Shown here piece after piece: positions 34,362-46,811 of a stretch of 64,000 nucleotides of DNA. The notes beneath the pieces were generated by a model. The model was not told the DNA's origin. It searched no databases and worked only from the letters and a program-made list of their open reading frames with translations. How positions within the stretch are numbered: the stretch's first letter is position 1; every line of letters begins with the position of its first letter. The position numbers and the translations under genes are program-made. Source of the DNA: the human T2T-CHM13v2.0 reference genome, Homo sapiens; NCBI RefSeq assembly GCF_009914755.1, contig NC_060942.1; one strand, given 5' to 3'.

Positions 34362-34735
34362 TGTATTAGTGCGTTCTCACGCTGCTGTAAAGAACTGCTG
34401 GAGACTGGGTAATTTATAAAGGAAAGAGGTTTGATTGACTCACAGTTCCACATTGCTGGGAGGGCTCAGGAAACTTACAATCATGGCAGAAGGCAAAGGA
34501 GAAGTAGTCACCTTTGTCACAGGGCAGCAAGATGGAGTGAGTGCAATCGGGAAATGCCAGATGCTTATAAAACCGTCAGATCTCATGAGACTCACTCACT
34601 TTGATGAGAACAGCACAGGGGAAACCGCCCCCATGATCCGATTACCTCCACCTGGTCCCAGCCTTGACATGTGGGGATTGTGGGGATTACAATTCAAGGT
34701 GAAATTTTGGGTGGGGACACAGCCAAACTATATCA
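34362..34735 (-). mobile_element. THE1 (THE1D-like) MaLR solo LTR, inserted in a MIR
   Basis: tgtattagt...gggtggggacacagccaaactatatca. TSD agatc/agatt. Confidence 0.88.
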
Positions 34736-37122
34736 AGATTTCTCAGGCTACACCTTAGTTTGAGGTTGTGGCAATGAGATAAATGAGGGAATTTGTACTA
34801 ATATCTTTCGAAAACTTTCACATGCTCAAGAAAGATATTATTACCGTAATTTCCTCTTTCCTGTCTCTACATCTGTTTTGGTATTATAGGGGCTAAACTA
34901 GTTTCAGATTTTTCATAGATTTTATTATTTTACTGTATTTTACTAGACTAAGCTATTACAGTGGATAAATTAAAGATCCCTCTCTTTTGTATTGTTTTAT
35001 CATAGAAACCTTAAAACAGCCTGGAAGATGGCCAGTTACTCATCTTTGAATGGCATAAATTCAATGATTATTTTTAAATGATAGATTCATTTCTTTGTAA
35101 CCTGAAATTCCACCATAAAGGAAACCTAAACGGCTAAAAAATAAATAAGAAAAGAAATGAAGGGAACGAGTTAGTCATTTTGCATCAATTTACAATACTG
35201 TTTGCACTGAACAGATGATTACAGCAGAGAAAAGTAACATGAAAGGATTTCTTTCTTTAGATCCACCCTAGGGGCAGGCAACAGAGAAGACGAACAGCTG
35301 AACACACAGAGATGGGAAGCCTGTGTATGCAGTAAATCAGAAAGATAAAGGACACTAAGTAAATGTTCCCACTCATTTCTGAAACTAAAAGCTGTGATCT
35401 GGTTTATGATGATAATCAAGTGGAAATCCACCTTAATCCTATGTCAAATGAAGTTCTGTAGGCCCCTTGTAAAATCTAGTAACTTTTTCTTCATACTGAA
35501 AGATCTGTAAAAGTTTATAGGTCTTTAACTCGTTTGTTTTTATGACTGAGCTTTCTTAGAATTTTGCCAATATGGCACCTACCTATTGAGGACAGGCATT
35601 GCTGAACCTCCTTTTGTCCTCCCAACAACTTAGTCATATCTCTGTTCCTTGCTGTCGATTTTCCATCTCAAAAATTATGGCAGACACTCTACCTTCCAGA
35701 CCCACTTACCTTGAATTTTTTAGATCAAAAGACCACTTCTTAGCATACATCCTTTTCTCTTCAAGCCTCAGGACCCACCATCCCATGGCTGTCCTCACAC
35801 AGTCACAGTGAAGGGCCCATTAAGGAAGCACTTCCCCTGGTCATGATATCTAGGGGTTTGAAAATAGCCTTGGAAGTCTCATGGTTCCAAATAATGGTAA
35901 GATCCACGTACAAAATGAGCCAAACGGCAGAGTCTAGAAAACTTTGCTTAAGATATTTCAAAGCTGTATGTGTTTTATTTATAAATAACATTTAGACACA
36001 GAGGTCAATAAGATGTTCCAAAAATTCCCAATTTTTTAGTACAGACACATCAGAGAGGAAAAATAGTATGTTTATATGTTTCTGTCACTTGACAGCAAAA
36101 ACAAAGGCTGGTCATATCCAGATATCTGAGTAGACATAGTACCAGATCACTTACAAACTACAAGCATTAGATTTATTTATTTATTTTATTTGTGGCACTC
36201 CTGAATAATTTCCCTGAATACCTTCATTCTCACTATGTATGCTATGCAATTATATCACATCAGTTATATGACTTTTGGTCGACTTAAACTCACTCTTCAC
36301 TTGGCATGAATTCTGCTAAAAGAAATACTTGTGAGTAAACAATCTTTAAATTTTAAGCCCTTCTGCTTCCTTCTCCTTCCATGTTTCCTGTGAATTTATT
36401 CCACCTGTGCACTGTGGGAGATAGCATAACAAAGCTGGTAAGATATTTTTCATTCATTATCTATTATCCAACTATTTATTCTAGAAACTGTAGCATATTG
36501 GAATTTTAGAAGTATATCTTAATATCAGTCACAATTTATACCCGAATACTTTGCTTTAAAAAAAAATCAAATGTAGATATTGATACTCTGAAACCAGAAG
36601 GTTTTTAACCAAGGTCAAATTCTTCCTCTGTCCCCAATAGCACCAATTCAATAACTTTTGTGAAGCCCAGGAAATGGGACTGTAGATACTCCAGAAATAT
36701 GTGCATTATCCTCACAGAAGTGGAGCAGGGATTGATCCTGTTGCTGCACAGATAACTTTATTACACGTGTACACACACATATCTCTGTCACTGCATTCAA
36801 AACACTGTCACTTTACTGTCCCCATTGTGTTCTCATGTATTCCTGACCTGTATGATTTTCATAATCTCAAAAAAAAAATTTAATGTGTGAATGGGAAAAG
36901 TTAGTAAGGTCCTAATGCAAATGCATAGCCTAGTGGCAAAACAGCATTCGTTAAGGACCCCAGAATCCCTTCCAAGGATGTTGCACCCCATAATCAGCCC
37001 CAAATGTAAGTCTCTTAATGATAGGCAGCTGTTGAAGAAATCTACACTTCTAGCCATTCTCCATGAGGCTGCTAAGGAAATGAGTCATTGGCAACTCACA
37101 TGTGTAGACTCACTTGTCTTAT

Positions 37123-37128
37123 TTTATT
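37123..37128 (-). promoter_or_regulatory. Candidate AATAAA polyadenylation signal in the AKAIN1 3' UTR
   Basis: First minus-strand AATAAA (plus tttatt) I found downstream of the stop. An ATTAAA lies at 37426-37431 and more AATAAA motifs lie further down, so the true 3' end cannot be fixed from sequence. Confidence 0.25.
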
Positions 37129-37834
37129 TAATCTTGAGAAAAGAAATCCATAATATTCCCAAAAGATTTCTACACAGAGCATAAACACCAATTATGAAAT
37201 CATTCAGAGAATTGAGACTAAAAGACTGAGTTCTTGAGAAACTTAAACTCCTCCCTTTCTTAAAATAACATAAATATTAGTAAATGCCTTGGTATGGTCC
37301 CGAGGGACTCAGCCTTAGAATTTCCCTTTTCTTAATTTGATCTTAGACCTGAACCCACTTAAAGCCTTCAATTTCACATTTGAAGGTAACTAAAACTGCA
37401 TTCCCTCACCTTTCTAGCATGTCTTTTTAATATATCATAAAGAACTCAGTACTGTATTCAGTATTTCAGCAAAAAGGCTGCTTGTTAAATTCACAGAAGG
37501 AACGCATAAAAGGCAGAAGTAAATAAACGAGACATAGAATTCTTTTTTTCAAATAAAAGAACTTTAAAAATAAATTGGCCTGCAAAACTACTTTTGCAAT
37601 TACAGTGTCATATTTGGCCCCACTATGTCTCAGAGGCACTGCATAAATATGAACAGAATCGTCTAATGCACTTTTTCAAAACAGTGCTTCTCAGCCAGGG
37701 GCTAGTGTGAATTCATTCTACAGCTAGGTGCCGGTGACACTTCGGTTTGCTTTACTGGCAACATTTTGGAGATGCGTCCTATACTAAGAGGAAGGCTAGA
37801 AACCAAGCACATGTCAAGAGCCAAATCCACCATG

Positions 37835-38028
37835 TTACTTCTTTTCGTGCTTCTTGGTTAACTCCCCAACGCCCAGTTGGATGTGGTCCCGGTTGTCACT
37901 GATTCTCTCTTCTCTGCGCTGACTCTCCTGGGAGACTTGCTGCACAGCTTGCAGGATTGCATTCTGCACAATCTGTTTGCTGGCATTCTGCAGCTTCACC
38001 TCTTCAGGCTCATTTCCAGGTTTCTCAC
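37835..38028 (-). CDS. AKAIN1: AKAIN1 (C18orf42, A-kinase anchor inhibitor 1), terminal coding exon; partial CDS, start exon not in window
   Basis: Translation (G)[63 protein letters not shown] matches the C-terminal part of the 69-aa AKAIN1 as recalled, and contains an AKAP-type amphipathic helix. Phase-1 acceptor tttttggctag|GTGAGAAA (AG at 38030-38029), preceded by a long polypyrimidine tract. Stop TAA at 37837-37835. Confidence 0.93.
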
Positions 38029-38120
38029 CTAGCCAAAAACATGAAAAGGAGGGGAAAAGGAGAGAAATTAATTTCAGGAATGTGAGAGGGAAAGGTAGAG
38101 GAGAAAGATGGGAGGGAAGA
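38029..38120 (-). promoter_or_regulatory. 3' splice site and polypyrimidine tract of the AKAIN1 last intron
   Basis: The plus strand is purine-rich (gaaaaggaggggaaaaggagaga...), so the minus strand is a pyrimidine tract ending in ggctag immediately before the exon. Confidence 0.85.
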
Positions 38121-38183
38121 GTGAGACTGTAAGAACACACTGGAGTGGACCAGTTAACTATGAGAAGCCCACTAGAGCACATA

Positions 38184-38465
38184 CAATTGGGGGATTGGTC
38201 TCAGGACATGCTGTGGATACCAAAGTCCTTGATAGAAAATGACCTAGTGTTTGCATATAATCTACACACATCCTCCCAAACACTTAAAGTCATCTGCAGT
38301 TACTTATAATACCTAATATAATATAAATGTAATGTAAATAGTTGTTATACTATATTTTAAAAATTGTATTATTTTCACTGCTGTACTGTTATTACTTTTA
38401 TTGGGTTTTTTCCAATATTTTTCTTCCATGGTTGTTTGAATCCTAGGATCCTCAGCTGCTAGAGA
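38184..38465. mobile_element. MER2-like Tigger MITE
   Basis: gggggattggt...ggatacc...tttgcatataatctacacacatcctcc...ttacttataatacctaata. Confidence 0.7.
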
Positions 38466-38559
38466 GACAGTTTCTAGAAAAGAACAGACCGTTGCCCTTT
38501 CGCACCTTCCCCACTTCCTTCAGGAAATGCAGACATTAAACGCCTTCAGGTGTTGCATT

Positions 38560-38770
38560 CATCTTCCAGTAAGCATGAAGATGAAAGCCAACATTCTGGG
38601 CATGGCTGGGCAGAAAGAAGCAGACTAATTTTGAAGGCAACACTGAACATCTGTACCAGCCCTGGGCCACGTACTTCTGGGCATTCATGTATGTGATGAA
38701 AATATTTCCTTTCTGTTTAATCCAACATTATTCAGGTTTTATGTTACTTGCAGCCAAATACATGCCTAGT
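38560..38770 (+). mobile_element. Old MLT1 (MaLR) LTR fragment
   Basis: 3'-end motif tgtttaatcca...gttttatgttacttgcagccaaa. Confidence 0.5.
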
Positions 38771-38951
38771 GTATATAACCTCGCTGGGGCTGGAGAACAA
38801 ATGATGACTGAATCCATATCAAGGTCAACTTTGCTCCTATAATAGGATCACAACCAGTGAAACTATCCGAAGCTGCCCACTGTGATCTAAAGCAGGCACT
38901 GGCAAACTTTTTCATCAGAACCTGCCCCCCTCCCCGCCTGGTGATCTAGAG

Positions 38952-39162
38952 CAGGGATTGGCAAACTTTTCTTTAAAGAACCAGATAGGAGACAGTCTAA
39001 GTTCATGGGTCGTACAACTTCTGGAACAACTACTCAACTCTGCTGTTGTAGCATGAAATCAGCTATGGATGAGTGCATATGGCTTTCATTCAATAAAACT
39101 TTATTTACAAAAAAACAGACCACAGGCCAGATTTGGCCCATGGGCCAGTTTGTCAACCCCCA
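38952..39162. mobile_element. MER58A-like hAT-Charlie MITE
   Basis: cagggattggcaaacttttt...caactactcaactctgctgttgtagc...caataaaactttatttacaaaa...gtttgtcaacccc. Confidence 0.8.
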
Positions 39163-40414
39163 ATCTGGAATGGTGGGAACTTTCTAATTAGAAGGCAAGG
39201 CAGTCTACCCAGCACTGATTCTCTGCTTTCTTTCTTAGTTAAAAACAAAATCTTAATTTTATTTGAGTAGTTATGTAACTAGGCATAGCTAAGTTCTGTG
39301 GTAGAAGTGGAAGTTCATTTAGTAAAAATTCTGGAAAAGGGATGTAGAAGGGTAAAGTCAGATAAAGGCCTTTTGTCCTCTCCCCATCCTATTGCCTGCA
39401 ACTCTGGCCTGATAGTTATTACAAGGACCAGAGCCATTAGAACCATTAAAATACAAACTGTTTTCAGGGATTTCAGAAGGAAAAGAAGGAGCTTGGTATC
39501 CAATGACCAAGAAGCCACCATATCAGTTCTCAGATGCCCACCTCCAGGCCTCTTTTTATGTTAGAAAAAAGTAATATACCTTGTTTAAGGCAACTGCTCT
39601 TTTGTATTTTTTTAATTGTGCAGTAGATGTAATACGAACTCATGCATGGTAGACTGATCATGAATCTACCATTTGGTTGAAGGGCAATCTGGAAAACCCT
39701 AAATCCCACCTATTTATATTTATAGTGGTAAACAGAATGGACATCATTTCTTATTTAAAATAATCTTTTTGGATATTTCCTCTACACGAATATGCTCACT
39801 ACCATGAAGATGTATTTAAGATTGGAGGGATGACGTTCACTGGGGTTGATTAATTAACAACAGAATTTATACACCTAAGAGGAAACATCACAAAAGATAA
39901 TACTGAGTAATTCTAGAAGATCAGACAGTTCTTATCCATTAAGACTTATGATCTTCATTTATTGAGCATTTTTATCCATCCATTGAGGGATTTGCAATCT
40001 AGTGAACAAAGCAAGATAAACCTATTGAGAGCGAAGAACAATATTTTAAAAAACAGGATAAAATGATCAATCTACACCAAACTGAGCAGAGGAGTCTGGA
40101 GGCATGAATTGCAATAGACTGAAGCTGTGAAGTGACCAAGAAGAATAGAAATTTTTCTATATGAAGAGTCACGAAGGCATAGCTATCAAGAATATGTGTT
40201 TTGAATCACTTCAGAGATTTCAAGTCCTTTGTGCCACTTGCATTCATGCAATCTTGGGTAAGGTACTTCACCTCGGTAAGCCTCTTTGCATATCTGTAAA
40301 ATGGGCAAGTATCATTAATTTAGGTTGGTTGTTGGAGAATTAACCGACATAAAGAATATTCAGCAGTCAGTGTGGTCCCTAACACATAGTAAGCATTTGT
40401 AAGTGTCCACCATT

Positions 40415-40830
40415 GTGTGTTAGGGAATAGACTAAGCTGTTGTAACTGAGAAACTCAAAAATAGGACAGCTCACACAAGAGAAATTCATTGCTCTCTCGT
40501 GTAACAGTTCAGAGGTACTCCAGTGTGTAAGTAGCTCTGCTGCATGGGTTATCTAAGGACTCTAACTTCCTTACATCTTACTGCTCTGACCTTTATTATA
40601 ATATTGCCCTCATTTACCTGAGTGAAGCTGGTTAACCAATATCCCATGTGGGACCAAAAGAGAGCAAAAGAGAAAATGGAGGGCAAGCAATTTCTTTTTA
40701 AAGAGTTGTCATAAAGGTTGCAAACATCACTCTTCTGACATTCTATTGAGGGAAACTTAATTACATGGCCACGCTTAGCTATGTGGGAGGCTATGAAATA
40801 CATTCACAGGCTGGGCAGCCATATGTCTTT
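40415..40830 (-). mobile_element. Old MLT1 (J/K/L-like) LTR
   Basis: taagctgttgtaac...tctctcgtgtaacagttc...acatcactcttctgacattctattg...aacttaattacatggccac. Confidence 0.55.
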
Positions 40831-40846
40831 CTGAAATTCAAGGAGG

Positions 40847-41201
<355 letters not shown>

Positions 41202-42106
41202 TTAAGAAGTTCAAAAAATTACTTCCAAGCAAAGCCAAGGCTACATTGAAAAGGTAGAATACAGTATATACTTGCAGCAGGACAAATGCGAAACCCAGGT
41301 TGCTCTGTCTACCACTGTACAGTGTATAAGTGTAAGGACAAACAACAACAATTTCAAAAGGTTTAGGCTTGCTCCTAGAAAAAGTATCTTAGCCAAACTA
41401 GATGCGTGTTAACTCTCACTGCCCTCATTACCACTTCGTTTTGGATCACACATACCTGCAGGGGAGGTTGTGGGACAAAGAGAGCAGCGAAGCCTGGAGC
41501 AGAGAAAGAGAGGGATTAAGGTTGGGAGAAAAGCCACCCAGAGCACTTAACAGATAATACATGCCAAATAAAAAGCTGCACAAAGCACACATACTACTTG
41601 TGTGTTAGGCTCTTGGGTATGAGAGGAATAATATTCTCTTCCGTTACCTTAAGCTATGGCAGAGGGGAGGGGACCATGAAAATAGAGATACAAATGTCGT
41701 AGCCAAGTGTCCAGGAACCGTTCAGCTGAGCTTCATATTACAACTCAGATATTGGAAAAATCCAGTATACTCCAGTTATTGTACCACCTAGGTTATCCTC
41801 TGCCATGAGCGAGCCTCGTCTCTCCATCTGCTGCTACCAACCAAGCACCTCTCCGCTTCTTCTAGAGTCTCTCTGACTTTATGCATTCACTCATTCTTAT
41901 TTCTGCATATTCACGACGTGCATTGCTTCATGACTGTACATATCTCCTTCCCTCTGAGGTCATTCCAGCTAAGTTCCTGGCCAATGTTCTTGCAACTGAC
42001 TGACCTTTGCCATATCTTCAGTTGAAATTCCTGAAAGAGAGAGCCTAATAGACTCACCATATATCACCATTATCCTTATAAAGCAGCACTTTTATACCAG
42101 GCAGTG

Positions 42107-42251
42107 TTTTATTTTTGTTTTTGTTTTTGTTTTTTTCTGATGGGGTCTCACTATGTTGACCAGCTTGGTCTCAAACTCCTGGGCTCAAGCAATCCTCCAG
42201 CCTCAGACTCCCAAGTACCTGGGACTACAGGCACACTCCACCACACTAGGC
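42107..42251 (-). mobile_element. Alu monomer (FLAM/FAM-like)
   Basis: Single arm with a (TTTTTG)n tail. Confidence 0.8.
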
Positions 42252-44350
42252 TCCAGGCCACTTCTTAAGCCAGCAATAGGTTGAATAACAAGGTTTATTC
42301 TGGCCCAATTTGCTGTGGCCAAAAAGTTCGGATCAAGAGGTGGGAACACAGCTACTTAGGAGGAAGGAACCACTTAGCTCCATTGCCTTGGCAAAGCATC
42401 CTGGAGAGCAGGTGTTCACAGGTTAGTCTCTGTGCGGCATCACACTCATACTTCCTGGCGTTCCTATGGCATTCACTTGTAAGGACAAGATATTTGAGAA
42501 ACTCCTGATGGAGTCTCTTATAATAATACAAGTACCATGTGAGGAAGTACACTACAACCAACAGAAGGCAGGGCCAGCCACCCAAATCCTCAAAGACTCA
42601 CCATTGATTTCTATGCACTGAATTCACTTCAATGTAATGAATCACTTAGTGTCATAGGCAGACTGTTGCCTAGCTTTAAATGATGCAAACATCCTCTAGC
42701 CTAATTAGCATTTACAACATCATTTTCATGTTTCACAAAAAAATGAGGAATTGATTTAATTGGCTATAAACTCTTAAATGCCCAATATAAATAAACCAAA
42801 ATCGAGAACGTGGTGTAACTGAATTTGTCTTCAGTGTCTTTCCACCTCGGATTTTTACTTGCCTCTCCTCATCCCCAGGCATCCACATGGTCCTGCTTCT
42901 CTATGATCACCCAGTGCTCCCCCATGGGGATCCGGCCTTCCACAGACCACTGTGAGCTCTGCAGCTCCCCACCACGCCCCTCAGAACTTTCTGCCCCATA
43001 TCCCATTCATGCCTCTCCAGTGGAAGGTGTCTAAGGAACTCAATTGCAATATGGTTAATAATTGGTCTAATTTCTTATGTATAAGTATTAAAATTGTGCT
43101 TCTAATGACCATTGGATGACCATCCTGATAAAAACTTACATCAATTTTCCCCCCAGAACCTAAGTGTCATTTACTTCTTTTACATTAGCCCTGTTATATT
43201 CCAGTGAGGCGGGTTTTGGAAAAGGTCAGTGTTCCATTTTGAGACAGACTCTGGCTAGTGATTTTTTTCTAGATTGCACAGATAGGGCACCAGAGGTTGT
43301 ATCACAAATGGCATCTCTATCTCTCATCTCTCCCCACTGACTCACTAAGTATGCAAATTACAGAAGTCCCTCCCAGGGCAAGACAGGACTCCAGCACCAC
43401 TCCCTGCACACACACTGTAATACACAGGGCTGCTGCTGGTAAACAGGGAGGAATTATTTTATCTCCCCTTCTGATGGCTTGAGACTGCAAAGATAGTATG
43501 ATCATTTATCAATGATGAGCACATGGAACACAGAGAACAAGAACTAATTCTGGGCCCTTTAATAATAGAATGATAGTTTTTTTCTTTCAGCTCTGGAACT
43601 ACAGGAATTTTCCCTGAAGGACCAGATGTTAAATCTCACTCATCTACACCAACTGCAAATAAAGCAAACCCAGGAGCCCTGCTTTGCTACCAAGCAAGCT
43701 AAAGTTACATGAGTTCCCAGCAATGAAAAGCCACAGCCCCTGAGCTTCCAGCTTGCTGCTAGCCCAACTGAGCATGCTATTCCCCTGTGCACCATTACCA
43801 AATCAGAAGCATTTTAGGTAGATTTGAGATGCAGAAAGCAAGACAGCTATCAGCAGGCATAGGACATTTCTAAGTCATATTTGAGTGATACTGTCTATTA
43901 CCACCGCCACCCTTATCAAATCAGATACAGGGAATTAAGAGTCACCCCTGACTCTACCTACAATGGCCAGTCACATTATGTCATAATGTAGCCAGCTACT
44001 CTTATAAATTATATGGAGTTCTTTATTAAAACATCCTAGACAACAAGATGACATGAATCAGAAAGATATTTATGGAGGACCTACATGTATGGTACTATGG
44101 AGAATAACATAAGCCACTAGGCCAAAATGTTTCACTCATACATATATTCATTCATAAAAGAATTACAAAGCACTTACTACATGACAAACACTAGGCTAGG
44201 TATTGTAGACTAAAATGTTGAGCAGAACAGTCATAGTCCCTACCCTATGTGAGCTTACAATCTAGAAGAGTCAGATGTTAACCAGCTAATCAGCTGGGTT
44301 TATAATTGGGAGCTATGTCATGTGCTATGAAGGGAGCATGGGGAGCATAC

Positions 44351-44885
44351 TGAAACCATCCCCACAAGGTTGACAGGAATTGAATGCCAGGCTCTGGACA
44401 GAAATATAGTTAATTAAGCATCAGTCAGGCTGCGCTCTGGCCCGCTTACTTGATGCTGAAAGTCACTCAACACTAGATACTGCCAGTGCATCCTGTTGTT
44501 CCTACAGACAGGATAGCTGACATTACAATAATGAGGTTTTTGTTTAAGGATCACTTAACAGGTTTTTCAGAACCCAAATTCTAGCAAAATAGTGGATGCC
44601 AACCCACACAGAGGAACAGGATCGGTATGAGAATGCAACATCTTCATCCTCCTGTCCCATGACTTCACCCTGCACTCTTTGACCAATCAACTATCTCCAA
44701 ACACTTCAGCCCACTCCACACCCTTAAAATCCATAGCCCTAATCTCCTTGGGTAGACAGATTTGAGGTTTCCTCCTATCTCCTCATCAGCAGCTCTACCA
44801 TTAAACCTGTTTTCCTCTGTTGCAACCCAGTGTCTCCACGTATTGACTTGCCATTGCATCAGACAATGAACCTGTTATGATTACA
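44351..44885 (+). mobile_element. ERV1 (MER4-group, MER66-like) solo LTR inserted in L2
   Basis: TG...CA termini, exact 4-bp TSD ATAC (44347-44350, 44886-44889), CCAAT box, and ATTAAA near the 3' end. Confidence 0.78.
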
Positions 44886-45559
44886 ATACCACAAAGGGAA
44901 CTCATCTAATTTAGGTGTCAGGGAAAGATGTCCAGAGAGGGGACTTAAGGATTAATGAACATTAACTGATAAAAGGAAGGTGCTGGGAGCAGGAAGGCAA
45001 GAACATTACAGGCAAAAAGATCCACCCCTGAGTGGCAAGTCCCTGATCTGCGTAACAAAAGCAGGGCCGGAGAGGAACTCAAGGCAGCCTGAGTGGCTAG
45101 TGCCCACCAGGGAGGGAGACGGGCGATGGCGCTGAAGAAAGGAGGCCAGCCTGGGCCTGGGGTCCTGGGGAGGTATCAGAGCCTTTTTCTGATAGTAAAG
45201 CAGCCATGTTTCCTCATATCTGTGCCACCCAGCATAGCTTCAGTAGTCTGAGGAGAGTTACATAATTAAGGCAAGAATATGCAAGATTTGGAGAAGGCCT
45301 TGAAACACAGATGGACTTTGGAAAGGCCAAGGGGAAAAGGAAGTGAATTCTTGCCCTGGCCTTGAAGGGCAGGGCAGACAAGCGGCTGGTTGACTAACAG
45401 GGTCATGGAAAGCTTTTATGTGCAGAGCTGCTGAATTATTTTAGAACATAATTTAAATGATACAATATTACTGGATTGTAATTCCTTAAGGAAGCCATAA
45501 AAATGGTGCCAATAAAACTTGCAAAGGAAAAGACAATTTTACTCTAGGAATCAAGATGC

Positions 45560-46500
45560 TTATTGAGTTATTTTGGCCAAGAAAAAGCAAAGTTAATTTT
45601 GAAGGAAAGAAAAATAACAAAACAAGCAATAAGATGGATCTAATTTACCAGCTATGAATACCAGTTACAAAGCTATGTCAATTAAGAAAGTGTGATAATA
45701 ATACAGGGATACAAAAATTGACAAGTACATTAAAGAGTCCAGAAACAACCACACAGATATATGGAACACCTGATTTATGGAAAACATGACACTGTTGTAT
45801 AGTAGGGAAAGGACAGTATTTTCAGTCTTTAGGGCTTGGCCAAGTAGTTATTCATACAGAAAAATAATGAAAGTGACTACTTCATACTGCACACAAAAAA
45901 TTTCCAAATGGATTTCATATCTAGATCTGAAAAGTAAAATAATTTGGAGCACAGAGGATTTTCAAGACAGTGAAACAACTCTGTATGATAGATACTATAA
46001 TGATGGACACGTCATTGCATATTTGTCTAAACCCATAGAATGTACAACACCAAGAGTAAACCCTATTATGAACTGTGGAGTTTGGGTAATTATGATGTGT
46101 CAGTGTAGGTTTAACTGTAACAAATGAACCACTCTGTCGGGGATGTAGAAAGGGGGAGGCTGTGAATGTGTGGGGGAAGGGGGCATATAAGAAATCTCTG
46201 TACCTTCTGCTTAGTTTTGCTATGAACTTAAAACTGCTTCACACCTGGAAGCCTAGCACTTTGGGAGGCTGGGGCGGGAGGATCACTTGTGTCTGGGAGA
46301 TCGAGACCAGCCTAAGTAACATTGTGAGACCCTCATCTCTATGAAAAATTAAAAAATAAATTTATAAAAAGTAAAGCAATCAAGCTTTTAGAAGAATGTC
46401 TTTGTGACCTGGGAGTGGACAAAGATTTCTTAAACGGGACACAAAAAGCAACAACCATGAAGAAAAAATTGGACAAATTGGGCTACATTAAAATAATTGG
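45560..46500 (+). mobile_element. Old L1 ORF2 fragment containing an L1MC-type 3' end (~45940-46235) and a FLAM monomer (~46238-46360)
   Basis: L1 ORF2-end motifs on both sides, an L1MC1-like acccatagaatgtacaacaccaagagtaaacccta, and an Alu left monomer. Confidence 0.65.
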
Positions 46501-46811
46501 TTTTCACCAGGGAAACACACACTTGGAAAAAGACTTTTCACTGGAGGTAGAGGCACAGAGAATGCTTATGAAAATACTGTCTTGGAAATCCTTTAAATAT
46601 TTCCTTTTTCTGAGCACGTAGATAACAACCAAGACTGTGTTATGAGTTCAGAGAGACTTAAAAGGCTGTTCTGACCACCACATACATTTCTGCAAAATTC
46701 AGCAGAAATGTAGGTTTTCCTCCTTTTACCCCCAAGAGACTCAGAAATCAAACTCCTCCCAAGAGTTTCTTTTTTCTTGCAGTCAGTAGGAACTCTAGAA
46801 AATCTATGAAA

